In this document: positions 46,390 through 55,868 of the stretch, piece after piece
Layout: each line of letters begins with the position of its first letter
How positions within the stretch are numbered: position 1 is the first letter of the stretch
Source: Candidatus Omnitrophota bacterium
GTDB taxonomy: Bacteria > Omnitrophota > Gorgyraeia > Zapsychrales > Zapsychraceae
Assembly: GCA_029261065.1 (NCBI GenBank)
Contig: JAJDCB010000028.1
Span: 447 to 64,446 of the forward strand
DNA length: 64,000 nucleotides
Reading direction: 5' to 3'
Position numbers and translations under genes: made by a program
The notes under the pieces: model-generated
Databases searched by the model: none
What the model saw: the letters and a program-made list of their open reading frames with translations, nothing else
Told to the model about the DNA's origin: nothing

Positions 46390-46654
46390 GTGCTCGGGAA
46401 GTAAATGAGGAAAAACGGTGGTCGAACGGCGTTCGCCGGGTTTGGTGGTCGGGGCAAGTAAAGGGATGTGGTGGTCAAGGTACCACCAAATATTACCTTT
46501 GTTAAAGAGCACCAATAGTTGTTCACTCCTATGACCACCGATTAGTATTTTCTTGCAAGACCACTAATCAGTGATCGCCTGCATGACCACTTTTATAATC
46601 TTTCTTTCATTAAATATTTGCATTCTTCATCGATTTTGTTAGAATACCCACCTT
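46390..46654 (+). promoter_or_regulatory. Structured ~260-nt leader upstream of the glycyl-tRNA synthetase gene with repeated GGTGGTC / GACCACC motifs and the hairpin GGTGGT-caaggt-ACCACC (possible T-box-like or other cis-regulatory RNA)
   Basis: ggtggtcGAACGgcGTTCGccgggtttggtggtcgggg ... gtggtggtcaaggtaccacc ... atgaccaccgattag ... agaccactaatcag ... catgaccact. No CDS >=60 aa fits. Confidence 0.3.
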
Positions 46655-47959
46655 ATGGAAAATAAAGAAGTTATGGAAAAGATTGTTTCATTGTGTAAAC
46701 GTCGCGGTTTCATCTTTCAGTCTTCGGAAATTTATGGTGGGCTTGCAAGTGCTTGGGATTACGGGCCGTTAGGAGTGGAGTTAAAACGGAATGTTAAAGA
46801 AGCCTGGTGGAAGTCGGTAGTTCATACTAGAGAAGACGTTGTTGGGCTTGATGCCAGTATTTTGATGTCGCCAAAGGTTTGGGACGCTTCAGGACACACA
46901 GAAAATTTTCATGATGATAAGGTAGATTGCCGGTATTGCAAAAAGAGATTTCGTTCAGATCAGTTAGAAGAAAGAGATTGTAAAACACGCGAAAAATGTG
47001 ATTTTACCGAAGCTCGTGCGTTTAATTTAATGTTTAAAACTCATCTTGGACCCGTGGAAGATGAGAAAGCCGTCACCTATTTAAGACCTGAAACCGCGCA
47101 AGGTATTTTTGTCAATTTTAAAAATGTATTAGATTCTACGCATCGAAAACTTCCCCTGGGAATCGCCCAGATCGGAAAATCATTTCGTAACGAAATTACA
47201 CCAGGAAATTTTACCTTTCGTACTCGAGAATTTGAACAAATGGAGATAGAATATTTCACCCATCCTGATCAAGCCGAAGCTTGTCATCAACAATGGATTG
47301 ATGAGCGCTTTCAATGGTATTTGGATCTTGGGATGACTAAGGATCGATTACGATTGCGTAAACATCCTGATGATGAACTTGCACATTATGCCAAGGGTTG
47401 TAGTGACATCGAATATGAATTTCCTTTTGGATGGTCTGAGTTAGAAGGGATCGCAAATCGAACAGATTTTGATTTAAAACAACATGCTCAATTTTCAGGA
47501 GAGAAGTTGCAGTATCATGATCAGGTTGCTGGAGAAAAGTATTTTCCTTTCGTTATTGAGCCATCTGGAGGGGTAGATCGAGCTACTTTGGCTTTTTTGG
47601 TGGACGCTTACCATGAAGAGGAAGTTGAGGGTCGCTCTAGGGTCTCTTTAAGGCTAAGTCCTAAATTGGCCCCCATTAAAGTTGCCGTTCTTCCCTTATT
47701 AAAGAAAAATGTAGATTTAGTCGAGCTTGCTCGGCGTATCAAAAAGGATTTGCAAAAAGACATCGTTTGCGTGTATGATGATACCGCAGCGATCGGAAAA
47801 CTTTACCGTCGTCAAGATGAGGTTGGGACATGTTTTTGTGTCACTGTTGATGTTGATTCTTTAGAAGACGGGCAAGTGACTGTGCGAGAACGAGATTCGA
47901 TGAAACAGGAGAGAATTTCGGTTGAGGGTTTAAAAGAATATTTGATGAGTAAGTTGTAG
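46655..47959 (+). CDS. glyQS: Glycine--tRNA ligase, alpha2 (dimeric, archaeal/eukaryote-like) type
   Basis: ..SSEIYGGLASAWDYGPLGVELKRNVKEAWW.., ..FRNEITPGNFTFRTREFEQMEIEYF.. (class II motif 2), ..EPSGGVDRATLAFL.. (motif 3), C-terminal anticodon-binding domain. Confidence 0.9.
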   Translation: MENKEVMEKIVSLCKRRGFIFQSSEIYGGLASAWDYGPLGVELKRNVKEAWWKSVVHTREDVVGLDASILMSPKVWDASGHTENFHDDKVDCRYCKKRFRSDQLEERDCKTREKCDFTEARAFNLMFKTHLGPVEDEKAVTYLRPETAQGIFVNFKNVLDSTHRKLPLGIAQIGKSFRNEITPGNFTFRTREFEQMEIEYFTHPDQAEACHQQWIDERFQWYLDLGMTKDRLRLRKHPDDELAHYAKGCSDIEYEFPFGWSELEGIANRTDFDLKQHAQFSGEKLQYHDQVAGEKYFPFVIEPSGGVDRATLAFLVDAYHEEEVEGRSRVSLRLSPKLAPIKVAVLPLLKKNVDLVELARRIKKDLQKDIVCVYDDTAAIGKLYRRQDEVGTCFCVTVDVDSLEDGQVTVRERDSMKQERISVEGLKEYLMSKL

Positions 47960-47980
47960 GTAGTTGTTAGTAAAAATAAT

Positions 47981-48100
47981 CATGTCGTCTCCGCCCAATC
48001 TGTCATTCCCGTGAAGCGGGAATCAATGGGGGAAACTCCAGTGGGGATCCAGTTTTCATTTCTATTCTTTTGAGGTTCCCGCTTTCGCGGGAACGACACG
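47981..48100. repeat. MITE/REP-like palindromic element, copy 4 (expanded)
   Basis: catgtcgtctccgcccaatctgtcattcccgtgaagcgggaatc ... ggttcccgctttcgcgggaacgacacg. Confidence 0.65.
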
Positions 48101-48168
48101 ATTTCTATTACGGATGACCGCTGATCAGAACCAAGTAATAATTAATAAACACAATAGGAGTGTCACAC

Positions 48169-50967
48169 ATGGCGAAGAAATACGTTTATTCTTTCGGCGG
48201 CGGAAAAGCCGACGGAACAGCAAAATTAAGAAATTTATTAGGGGGAAAAGGAGCTAATTTAGCGGAAATGGCGGGTCACAAAGATTTACGTTTGCCTGTA
48301 CCTCCTGGATTTACAGTCACGACAGAAGTCTGCACACATTACTACGACAATAAAAAGAAGTATCCTACCGGTCTAAAAGAACAAGTCAACACAGCGATTA
48401 AGAAAATAGAAAAATTAATGGGAAAAAAATTTGGCGATCCTAAAAATCCTCTTTTAGTATCCGTTCGTTCGGGAGCGCGTGTTTCTATGCCAGGGATGAT
48501 GGAAACGGTATTAAATGTTGGTTTAACAGAAAAAACAATTCCAGGTTTGGCTGAAAAGTTTGGTAGTGAGCGATTTGCCTACGATGCGTACCGTCGATTA
48601 ATTACGATGTACTCTGATGTTGTTATGGAAAAATCAGCTGGTATTGAACCAAAAGAAAATCAAGGTATTCGTCATCAATTAGATCATTTGCTTGCAGAGA
48701 AAAAGAAAAGTGTTGGAGCTCAAAGCGATGCGGATTTAAGTGTTGAAGATTTAAAAGAGTTGATCGCCGTTTACAAAACACGTATCAAAGAAGTTTTGGG
48801 GAAGTCATTTCCAGATGATGCTGAAAAACAACTTTGGGGTGGAGTTACCGCTGTTTTCCAGTCATGGATGGGAAAAAGAGCGATTTCTTACAGGAGGATT
48901 GAAAGTATTCCAGGGGGGTGGGGAACAGCTGTTAATGTTCAAGCTATGGCTTTTGGAAACACGGGTGACAATTCTTCAACAGGGGTTGCCTTCACACGTA
49001 ATCCAGGTAATGGGGAAAATAGTTTTTATGGGGAATATTTGGTGAATGCTCAAGGGGAAGACGTTGTTGCTGGAACACGGACACCGTCACCTATTAATAG
49101 TTATTCTACGAGTGATCAAAATGACGATCACATAACATTGCAACAATCCGAACCAAAAATCTATAAACAATTAGAAAGCATTCGTAAACGTTTAGAAAAA
49201 CATTACAAAGATATGCAAGATATTGAGTTTACTGTTGAAGAAGGTACTCTATATATGTTGCAATGTCGTAGTGGAAAACGTAATGGGCCAGCGGCTGTTC
49301 GTATGGCGGTTGATATGGTTCGTGAGAAATTAATTAATAAAGAAACAGCTGTTACACGCGTAACACCTTCCCAATTGGATGAACTTCTTCATCCTGTTAT
49401 TGATCCCGCTGAAGAAAAGCAAGCTAAATTTTTAGGAAAAGGTTTGCCAGCAGGTCCTGGTGGGGCATCTGGTCAGATCGTTTTCTCAGCTGATGATGCT
49501 GTAAAATGGCGTGGAGAAAACAAACAAGTTATTTTGGTTCGCGCAGAAACAAATCCAGAGGACGTTGAAGGGATGCGTGCTTCAGAAGCCATTCTAACGG
49601 CACGTGGTGGAATGACATCTCATGCTGCATTAGTTGCGCGCGGTTGGGGGAAATGTTGTATTGTTGGATGTTCCAGTATGGATATCAATTATGAAAGTCG
49701 CACAATGTCTGTGGGTGGTGAAAATCTAAAAGAAGGAGATTGGATTACACTTAATGGAACAAAGGGGACGTTCTATGAAACGCGTCTTCCGATGATTGAT
49801 GCTTCAGATGAAAATACATACTTTAACGATTTTCTAAAAATCTGTGATTCCATTAGAACGCTTAATGTTCGTACTAATGCGGATACTCCAGAAGATGCTG
49901 CAAAAGCAAGAACTTTCGGAGCTGAAGGTATTGGACTGTTTCGTACAGAGCATATGTTTTACGGAAAGCATTCTGAAGAGCCTCTTTTCATATTACGTAA
50001 GATGATTATGTCTAAAGATGTGGAAGAGCGTCGTCGTGCATTAGATGAGTTGTATCCTCATGTAAAGAAAGATATGAAGGGAACAATGGCGGCCATGAAT
50101 GGTTTTCCTGTAACCATTCGATTGTTGGATCCGCCACTTCATGAGTTTGTTCCACATAAGAAAGATGCTTTAAAGGATTTGGCTAATAGTTTGGGGATTA
50201 CCCTTGAGCAATTAAATAAAAGAACATCTGCTCTTGGAGAATCCAATCCGATGATGGGTCATCGTGGTGTTCGTTTAGGGGTGACGTATCCAGAAATTAC
50301 AGAGATGCAAGTCCGTGCTATTTTGGAATCAACGGCAGAGTTATTAAAGGAAGGGAAGAAGATCTTTCCTGAAATTATGGTGCCAGTTGTGTGTGCGGAT
50401 ACCGAATTACAAGATCAAAAAAATATCGTAAATCGTGTTTACGCTGAGGTAAAATCCAAGTACAATGTAAAAAAGATTCCATATATGTTTGGAACGATGA
50501 TTGAAATTCCGCGAGCTGCTCTTACAGCCGATAAAATTGCAGAGGATGCAGAATTTTTCTCATTTGGAACAAACGATTTAACTCAAATGAGTTTTGGGTT
50601 TTCTCGCGACGACATCGGTGGTTTTTTACCTGATTATTTAGAACGTGGTGTTCTTCCGGGTGATCCTTTTGCAAGTATTGATGTTCAAGGTGTCGGACAG
50701 TTGATACAATACGGAGTTGAGCGTGGCCGATCAACGCGAAGCAATTTAAAGATTGGTATTTGCGGGGAGCATGGAGGAGATCCTGAGTCAATCGACTTTT
50801 GTCAAAAGGTTGGTATGGATTATGTTAGTTGCTCACCTTACCGTGTGCCTATTGCAAGGTTAGCGGCAGCACAGTCCGCGTTGGCGAATAAGGGCAGCAA
50901 GAGTGTGAAGAAGGGTAAGAAGAAGGTTGTTGCGAAGAAGAAAGTGACGAAGAAAAAACGAAAGTAA
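48169..50967 (+). CDS. ppdK: Pyruvate, phosphate dikinase with a C-terminal Lys-rich extension
   Basis: ATG at 48169, 8 nt after the AGGAG RBS (the ORF track starts at an upstream GTG). ..KKYVYSFGGGKADG.., ..GGMTSHAALVARGWGKCCIVGC.. (phosphohistidine domain), ..FGTNDLTQMSFGFSRDD.. (PEP-utilising domain). The tail ..KGSKSVKKGKKKVVAKKKVTKKKRK is not part of canonical PPDK. Confidence 0.9.
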   Translation: MAKKYVYSFGGGKADGTAKLRNLLGGKGANLAEMAGHKDLRLPVPPGFTVTTEVCTHYYDNKKKYPTGLKEQVNTAIKKIEKLMGKKFGDPKNPLLVSVRSGARVSMPGMMETVLNVGLTEKTIPGLAEKFGSERFAYDAYRRLITMYSDVVMEKSAGIEPKENQGIRHQLDHLLAEKKKSVGAQSDADLSVEDLKELIAVYKTRIKEVLGKSFPDDAEKQLWGGVTAVFQSWMGKRAISYRRIESIPGGWGTAVNVQAMAFGNTGDNSSTGVAFTRNPGNGENSFYGEYLVNAQGEDVVAGTRTPSPINSYSTSDQNDDHITLQQSEPKIYKQLESIRKRLEKHYKDMQDIEFTVEEGTLYMLQCRSGKRNGPAAVRMAVDMVREKLINKETAVTRVTPSQLDELLHPVIDPAEEKQAKFLGKGLPAGPGGASGQIVFSADDAVKWRGENKQVILVRAETNPEDVEGMRASEAILTARGGMTSHAALVARGWGKCCIVGCSSMDINYESRTMSVGGENLKEGDWITLNGTKGTFYETRLPMIDASDENTYFNDFLKICDSIRTLNVRTNADTPEDAAKARTFGAEGIGLFRTEHMFYGKHSEEPLFILRKMIMSKDVEERRRALDELYPHVKKDMKGTMAAMNGFPVTIRLLDPPLHEFVPHKKDALKDLANSLGITLEQLNKRTSALGESNPMMGHRGVRLGVTYPEITEMQVRAILESTAELLKEGKKIFPEIMVPVVCADTELQDQKNIVNRVYAEVKSKYNVKKIPYMFGTMIEIPRAALTADKIAEDAEFFSFGTNDLTQMSFGFSRDDIGGFLPDYLERGVLPGDPFASIDVQGVGQLIQYGVERGRSTRSNLKIGICGEHGGDPESIDFCQKVGMDYVSCSPYRVPIARLAAAQSALANKGSKSVKKGKKKVVAKKKVTKKKRK

Positions 50968-50998
50968 TCGTGTCGTTCGTTTAAAAAATAAAACTAAT

Positions 50999-51079
50999 CA
51001 TGTTATCCCTGCGAAAGCGGGGATCCATTAATAGTGTTAATATAACTTTTTTGAGGTCCCCGCTTTCGCGGGGATGACA
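50999..51079. repeat. MITE/REP-like palindromic element, copy 5
   Basis: catgttatccctgcgaaagcggggatcc ..24 nt.. gaggtccccgctttcgcggggatgacac. Confidence 0.7.
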
Positions 51080-51106
51080 CTATTTCGTTAACATTAAATA
51101 GCTCCT

Positions 51107-51928
51107 ATGGAAGATTCTATAAAATCCTATCTTAAAGATATCCGCCCAATCCCGTTGTTGACGGCGCAAGAAGAGATCGAACTTTCTACGTTAGTCCTGC
51201 AAGGCGATATGGAAGCGCGGGATAAAATGATTCGTTCGAATCTTCGTTTAGTCATTAGCATTGCCAAACGTTACGTTAATCTGGGTGTTCCTTTAAGTGA
51301 TTTGATTGAAGAGGGGAATATTGGATTGATGAAAAGTGTTGAGAAGTTTGATCCTACTAGGGGGTTTCGTTTCTCAACATATTCGGCATGGTGGATTAAA
51401 CAAGGCATTTCAAGAGCGATTATTGATCAAGGAAAAATGATTCGTGTGCCCGTGTATTTAAATGAAGAAATTCTTAAATACAAAAAAACGGTTGAGAAAT
51501 TAACGCATCAATTAAAACGAACGCCTACGGTGCCGGAGGTGGCTAAGAGGTTAAAGGTTTCTGTTGATAAGATAAGAAGTCTCGTTAATGCCATTGCCAA
51601 GATGTCTAGTTTAGATGCTCCTATAGGAGAAGATGGTGATGGTCAGGTGAAAGATATCATAGAAGATCCCAATGCGGTTGCCCCGGATCAACAATTAGAG
51701 GTGTTTTTTAATAAAGAACGAGCGATTAGTTTTTTAGAGATGCTTACAGATCGCGAACGAAAAATTTTAGAATTACGTTATGGTCTCATTGATGGCGAAG
51801 CGCATACATTAGCTGATATCGCAAAGACACTAGGCGTTTCTCGTGAACGTGTTCGTCAAATAGAAGCAGCAACAATTAAAAAGATTAAACAGGTCATTGA
51901 TCAAAAAGATAAAGAAGAAGGTGAATAA
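51107..51928 (+). CDS. RNA polymerase sigma-70 family factor (RpoD/RpoS-like group, lacking region 1.1)
   Basis: Region 2: ..IRSNLRLVISIAKRYVNLGVPLSDLIEEGNIGLMKSVEKFDPTRGFRFSTYSAWWIKQGISRAI... Region 4.2 HTH: ..TLADIAKTLGVSRERVRQIEAATIKKIK... 273 aa. Confidence 0.9.
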   Translation: MEDSIKSYLKDIRPIPLLTAQEEIELSTLVLQGDMEARDKMIRSNLRLVISIAKRYVNLGVPLSDLIEEGNIGLMKSVEKFDPTRGFRFSTYSAWWIKQGISRAIIDQGKMIRVPVYLNEEILKYKKTVEKLTHQLKRTPTVPEVAKRLKVSVDKIRSLVNAIAKMSSLDAPIGEDGDGQVKDIIEDPNAVAPDQQLEVFFNKERAISFLEMLTDRERKILELRYGLIDGEAHTLADIAKTLGVSRERVRQIEAATIKKIKQVIDQKDKEEGE

Positions 51929-52775
51929 AAAGACCAGTAAACTAACCTTTGTTTTAATTATTCCTCGCTTTGAAGATATTTTCCACTCCTATTACGCGGG
52001 CGAAATCATTCGCGGTGTAACCCTCTCTGTAAGTCGTCTGAATGCTGATTTACTTATTCATATTACTGATCGAGGAGATCACAGTACGTGGTTGACTACA
52101 TCATTTTTTAACAAGCATTCTATCGATGGTATTATCTTTGCAGATATTGACAATGATTTATCCGTTGTCAAACGAGCTATCCGACGCGGTATTCCATGCG
52201 TCATTCTAAATAATTTACTTAAAGAGCCTATTAATTGTGTATGCGTGGATAACAAAAAGGCCGCGTATGAAGTTGTCAAACAAATGATGTCCTTTGGTCA
52301 TAAACAGATTGCTACGATTGCTGGAGATGTATCAACTCAGGCTGGATTTATGCGCTTGGAAGGGTATCGCGAGGCGTTGTTAGAGAATAATATTTCTATT
52401 CCAAGAAGTTACATTACATTTGGTGATTTTTTAAGGACGCCAGCACGATTAGCGGCTCAGAAGTTATTAAAATTAAAAAGACGACCTACAGCCATTTTTG
52501 CTGCTTCTGATGTGATGGCCTTAGAGTTAATGGATGTGGCGAAAAAATTAAAGATAAAAGTGCCTGAAGAGCTTTCGATTATTGGTTTTGATGATAACCC
52601 GCTTAATGCCACAGCTCCAACGGGATTGGCTACTGTTTCGCAGCCCTTGCTTGAAATGGGGCGTGTGGGGATGGAGAATTTGTATAAGGTTAGTCGTGGT
52701 AAAGCTAAGTTGCCGGTCAAAATAGTTTTGCCAACAAAGTTTATTAAACGTAAGTCGATGTCAAAGATTAAATAA
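51897..52775 (+). CDS. LacI-family periplasmic-binding-fold (sugar-binding) domain protein without an N-terminal HTH
   Basis: The whole product aligns to the LacI/GalR C-terminal ligand-binding domain (..IDGIIFAD.., ..IATIAGD..GF.., ..PTAIFAASDVMALELMD.., ..SIIGFDDNP..). There is no DNA-binding HTH. The real start may be the GTG at 51921; the TTG at 51897 overlaps the sigma-factor 3' end. Confidence 0.6.
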   Translation: MIKKIKKKVNKKTSKLTFVLIIPRFEDIFHSYYAGEIIRGVTLSVSRLNADLLIHITDRGDHSTWLTTSFFNKHSIDGIIFADIDNDLSVVKRAIRRGIPCVILNNLLKEPINCVCVDNKKAAYEVVKQMMSFGHKQIATIAGDVSTQAGFMRLEGYREALLENNISIPRSYITFGDFLRTPARLAAQKLLKLKRRPTAIFAASDVMALELMDVAKKLKIKVPEELSIIGFDDNPLNATAPTGLATVSQPLLEMGRVGMENLYKVSRGKAKLPVKIVLPTKFIKRKSMSKIK

Positions 52776-52802
52776 AAGGATTGTTAAAGAAAGGATTTTG
52801 TT

Positions 52803-53336
52803 ATGGCGAGTTCTATTAAGAAAACAGACTTAAAGAAGCATATTCGAGACGTTCAAGATTTTCCGAAAGAGGGGATTGTTTTTAAGGATATTACGACTCT
52901 GTTGCAAAATAAAGAAGCCTTAAAGAAGTCCGTTGATTTATTAGCTAAAAAATTTCGTAAAGAAAATATCGAATTAGTTGTTGGTGTTGAAGCTCGTGGT
53001 TTTATTTTTGGGGCGGCTCTTGCTTATAAGTTAGGGACAGGATTTGTGCCGGTACGTAAGAAGGGCAAGCTTCCTTATAAAACACGAAGTGTTACATACG
53101 AATTAGAATATGGAAAAGATAGTTTAGAAATTCATGAAGATGCTATTCCAGCGAAAACTCGTGTGTTAATCGTTGATGATTTATTGGCCACAGGGGGCAC
53201 TATTAAAGCTGTTACGGAATTGGTTAAAGAGCAAAAGGCTGTTATTGCAGGATTAGCTTTTTTGGTGGAATTAAAGTTTCTTAAGGGTAAAAATAAGTTA
53301 AAAGATTTTGATGTTTATTCTGTTTTAAAATATTAA
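52803..53336 (+). CDS. apt: Adenine phosphoribosyltransferase
   Basis: ..VVGVEARGFIFGAALAYKLGTGFVPVRKKGKLP.. and the PRPP motif ..VLIVDDLLATGGTIKAV... Confidence 0.9.
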   Translation: MASSIKKTDLKKHIRDVQDFPKEGIVFKDITTLLQNKEALKKSVDLLAKKFRKENIELVVGVEARGFIFGAALAYKLGTGFVPVRKKGKLPYKTRSVTYELEYGKDSLEIHEDAIPAKTRVLIVDDLLATGGTIKAVTELVKEQKAVIAGLAFLVELKFLKGKNKLKDFDVYSVLKY

Positions 53337-53364
53337 ATGTTGTTGAAAAAAGATATTTTCGCAA

Positions 53365-53392
53365 GGGACGGAGCTTATGCTTCGTCCCCTCA
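53365..53392 (+). terminator. Candidate intrinsic terminator downstream of apt
   Basis: GGGACG-gagcttatgctt-CGTCCC hairpin followed by a T-rich run (ctcattatttat). Confidence 0.45.
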
Positions 53393-53398
53393 TTATTT

Positions 53399-55852
53399 AT
53401 GATAAAAAACATATTGTCTAAAAATTATTTTCTCATACTTCTTATGTTGTTGGTCACGTTTTTGGCCTTTTATCCAACATTAAAGGCTGATTTTGTCCAT
53501 TGGGATGACGAGGGGCATTTGCTTGAAAATGTTGTTATTCGATCTCTCGATGCTGAGCATATACGAGAAATTTTTAGTCAAAGCGTGCAAAATGTTTATA
53601 TTCCTTTAACGACGCTCAGCTTTGCTTTGGAATATCATTTTTTTGGGTACAATCCATTTGTCTATCATCTAACAAATCTTTTATTGCATTTATTAATAGT
53701 GTTATTAATTTATGGATCCGCGCGTTTATTGGGATTGGGACTTCTAGCTGCTTTTTGTGCGGGAACTCTTTTTGGGATTCATCCCATGCATGTAGAGTCA
53801 GTAGCGTGGATCACGGAACGCAAAGATGTTTTGTATGCTTTTTTTTACATGTTAGCCATATTTAGTTATTTGCTTTTTATGAGAAAGAATGAACAGGCTT
53901 TTCGGTCAAACGCTAAACTCTCTGTAGGGTATCTCGTATTTGTTTTTTTATTTGGAGCTTTAAGTATGTTGGCTAAACCCATGGCCCTTAGTTTGCCGTT
54001 GATCCTTTTGTGGATCGATTGGTATAAGGATAGAAAAATTGATATTAAGGTTCTTTTAGAGAAATTACCATTAGGGATAATGATTGGAGCTGTAACGTGG
54101 ATTACTTACTCTCAACATGTGCGCGTTCCTGGAGATGAAACCGGCTCTGCGGGGCTTATCTGGATTTGGACTTTTATTTTTTATCTTAAACAGTTTTTTA
54201 TCCCATTGTTTAATGTTCCTATATATCGTCTTAGCTATCCCATTAGTATTGTTGAACCTGAATATCTTTTTTCTCTCATCGCATTTTTACTTATCGGTTT
54301 TAGTGTTTTTCGATTAAGAAAATATCGTCTTTACATTTTTGCTCTTGGATATTTTTTGTTCTCCATTTTCTTTTTATTACGGTTCGATGCTGCGAAAGAT
54401 ACAAATGTTGTTGCGGATCGATTTATGTATTTGCCGAGTTTGGGCTTTTGTTTGCTGTTTGGTTTTCTCATGGAAGTTTTTTTAAAGAAAGCAGCCATCG
54501 CGCAACAAAGGTTTCGTCTGTTTGTCGTCGGATTTTTGATTGTTAGTGTTTTTACTTTTTTAGGTGTGCGCACGTATAAACAATGTCAGATTTGGGACAA
54601 TACCATTGCTCTTTGGAAACATGAATTAAAATATTTTCCTAAAGAACATATTGCTTTAAACAATTTGGGTGTTGAATTGCAGGGGCAAGAGTCGTTTAAA
54701 GAGGCTGTAGATCAATATAGTCATGTTCTTCGGGTTAAGGCTGAAGGATTTGAAGTTAAGGTTAATGAGAATATTCTTCAAGATATGAATCAAATCAATG
54801 AAGTGATTGGTTTATATGAGCGTGCGGTTCGTTCTAAACCGGATTATGTGCGAGCCTTTTACAATCTTGGGAATCTTTACAAAGAGATTGGTTTATATGC
54901 TGAGGCGGTAAGATTATTTAATCAAGCGATTGCTACAGATCCCTACTATAAAGATTCTTTTATGAATTTGGGTAATTTATATAGAGATGTGGGAGAGGCG
55001 CAAAAAGCCATTGAATCTTATACAAAATATGTGCAAGGATTGCCAGATGATGAAGATGTTCGTGTTTATGTTGTGTTAGCTTATAATAAAGCCTTAGAAA
55101 TGACGCCCAAGATTGAGAAGGCTTACATCTTATATAAGCAAGCGCGTGAAGAGGCGTTAAATGAATTTACAAGGCTTATTAATACTAAGCCTGCTCGAGC
55201 CACTTCATTTTTCAATTTGGGGTTTTTGTACAGCGAGATTGGAGATTTAGAGCGGGCTATTTCTGCTTATCGAACAGTTCTGGATATCAATCCTCATCAT
55301 GGCCATGCGTTGTATTCTCTGGGGAATATATTCCAATTTCAAGGCCAATATAGTCAAGCCATGCAGATGTATCAAAAATCTTTGAAAGTCCTTAGTAGGC
55401 ATGTGGATACGTACACTGATATGGGTACAATATTAGAGAAGCAGGGAAAGGGCAAGGAGGCTCGAAATCGCTACGAACAAGCTCTTGATGTGGATGTGGA
55501 TAACCATAAGGCTTTATATCGCTTAGCATATTTAGATGCGCAGCAAGGCCTTACACACAAAGCTTTAGAGGCTTATTTACATCTTATTGAGTTAAATTAT
55601 CGTAACGCTAATGCTTACAATGATTTAGGTGTAATTTATGTTAAACTGGAAGATTCAACAAATGCTCAAAAAGCCTTTGAAAGGGCTGTTGAGTTGGATC
55701 AAAATAATGTTGACGCGTGGATTAATTTGTCTAACTTATCCTTCATCCAGAAAGATTACCAAAAAGCGATTGAGTATTTAGATGAGGCTGTATTTATTGG
55801 GTATGAGGCACCGGTGGCGTATTTGAAGGCGCTGGAAGCGTATCGGAATTGA
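53399..55852 (+). CDS. TMTC-like protein: N-terminal multi-pass membrane domain (DUF1736/GT39-like) fused to C-terminal TPR repeats; putative protein O-glycosyltransferase
   Basis: N-terminal ~420 aa with ~10 TM segments and the motif ..KADFVHWDDEGHLLEN.. . C-terminal ~400 aa of canonical TPRs (..AFYNLGNLYKEIGLYAEAVRLFNQAIATDP..). Confidence 0.6.
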   Translation: MIKNILSKNYFLILLMLLVTFLAFYPTLKADFVHWDDEGHLLENVVIRSLDAEHIREIFSQSVQNVYIPLTTLSFALEYHFFGYNPFVYHLTNLLLHLLIVLLIYGSARLLGLGLLAAFCAGTLFGIHPMHVESVAWITERKDVLYAFFYMLAIFSYLLFMRKNEQAFRSNAKLSVGYLVFVFLFGALSMLAKPMALSLPLILLWIDWYKDRKIDIKVLLEKLPLGIMIGAVTWITYSQHVRVPGDETGSAGLIWIWTFIFYLKQFFIPLFNVPIYRLSYPISIVEPEYLFSLIAFLLIGFSVFRLRKYRLYIFALGYFLFSIFFLLRFDAAKDTNVVADRFMYLPSLGFCLLFGFLMEVFLKKAAIAQQRFRLFVVGFLIVSVFTFLGVRTYKQCQIWDNTIALWKHELKYFPKEHIALNNLGVELQGQESFKEAVDQYSHVLRVKAEGFEVKVNENILQDMNQINEVIGLYERAVRSKPDYVRAFYNLGNLYKEIGLYAEAVRLFNQAIATDPYYKDSFMNLGNLYRDVGEAQKAIESYTKYVQGLPDDEDVRVYVVLAYNKALEMTPKIEKAYILYKQAREEALNEFTRLINTKPARATSFFNLGFLYSEIGDLERAISAYRTVLDINPHHGHALYSLGNIFQFQGQYSQAMQMYQKSLKVLSRHVDTYTDMGTILEKQGKGKEARNRYEQALDVDVDNHKALYRLAYLDAQQGLTHKALEAYLHLIELNYRNANAYNDLGVIYVKLEDSTNAQKAFERAVELDQNNVDAWINLSNLSFIQKDYQKAIEYLDEAVFIGYEAPVAYLKALEAYRN

Positions 55853-55868
55853 AGGTTTTCCAGGAATA

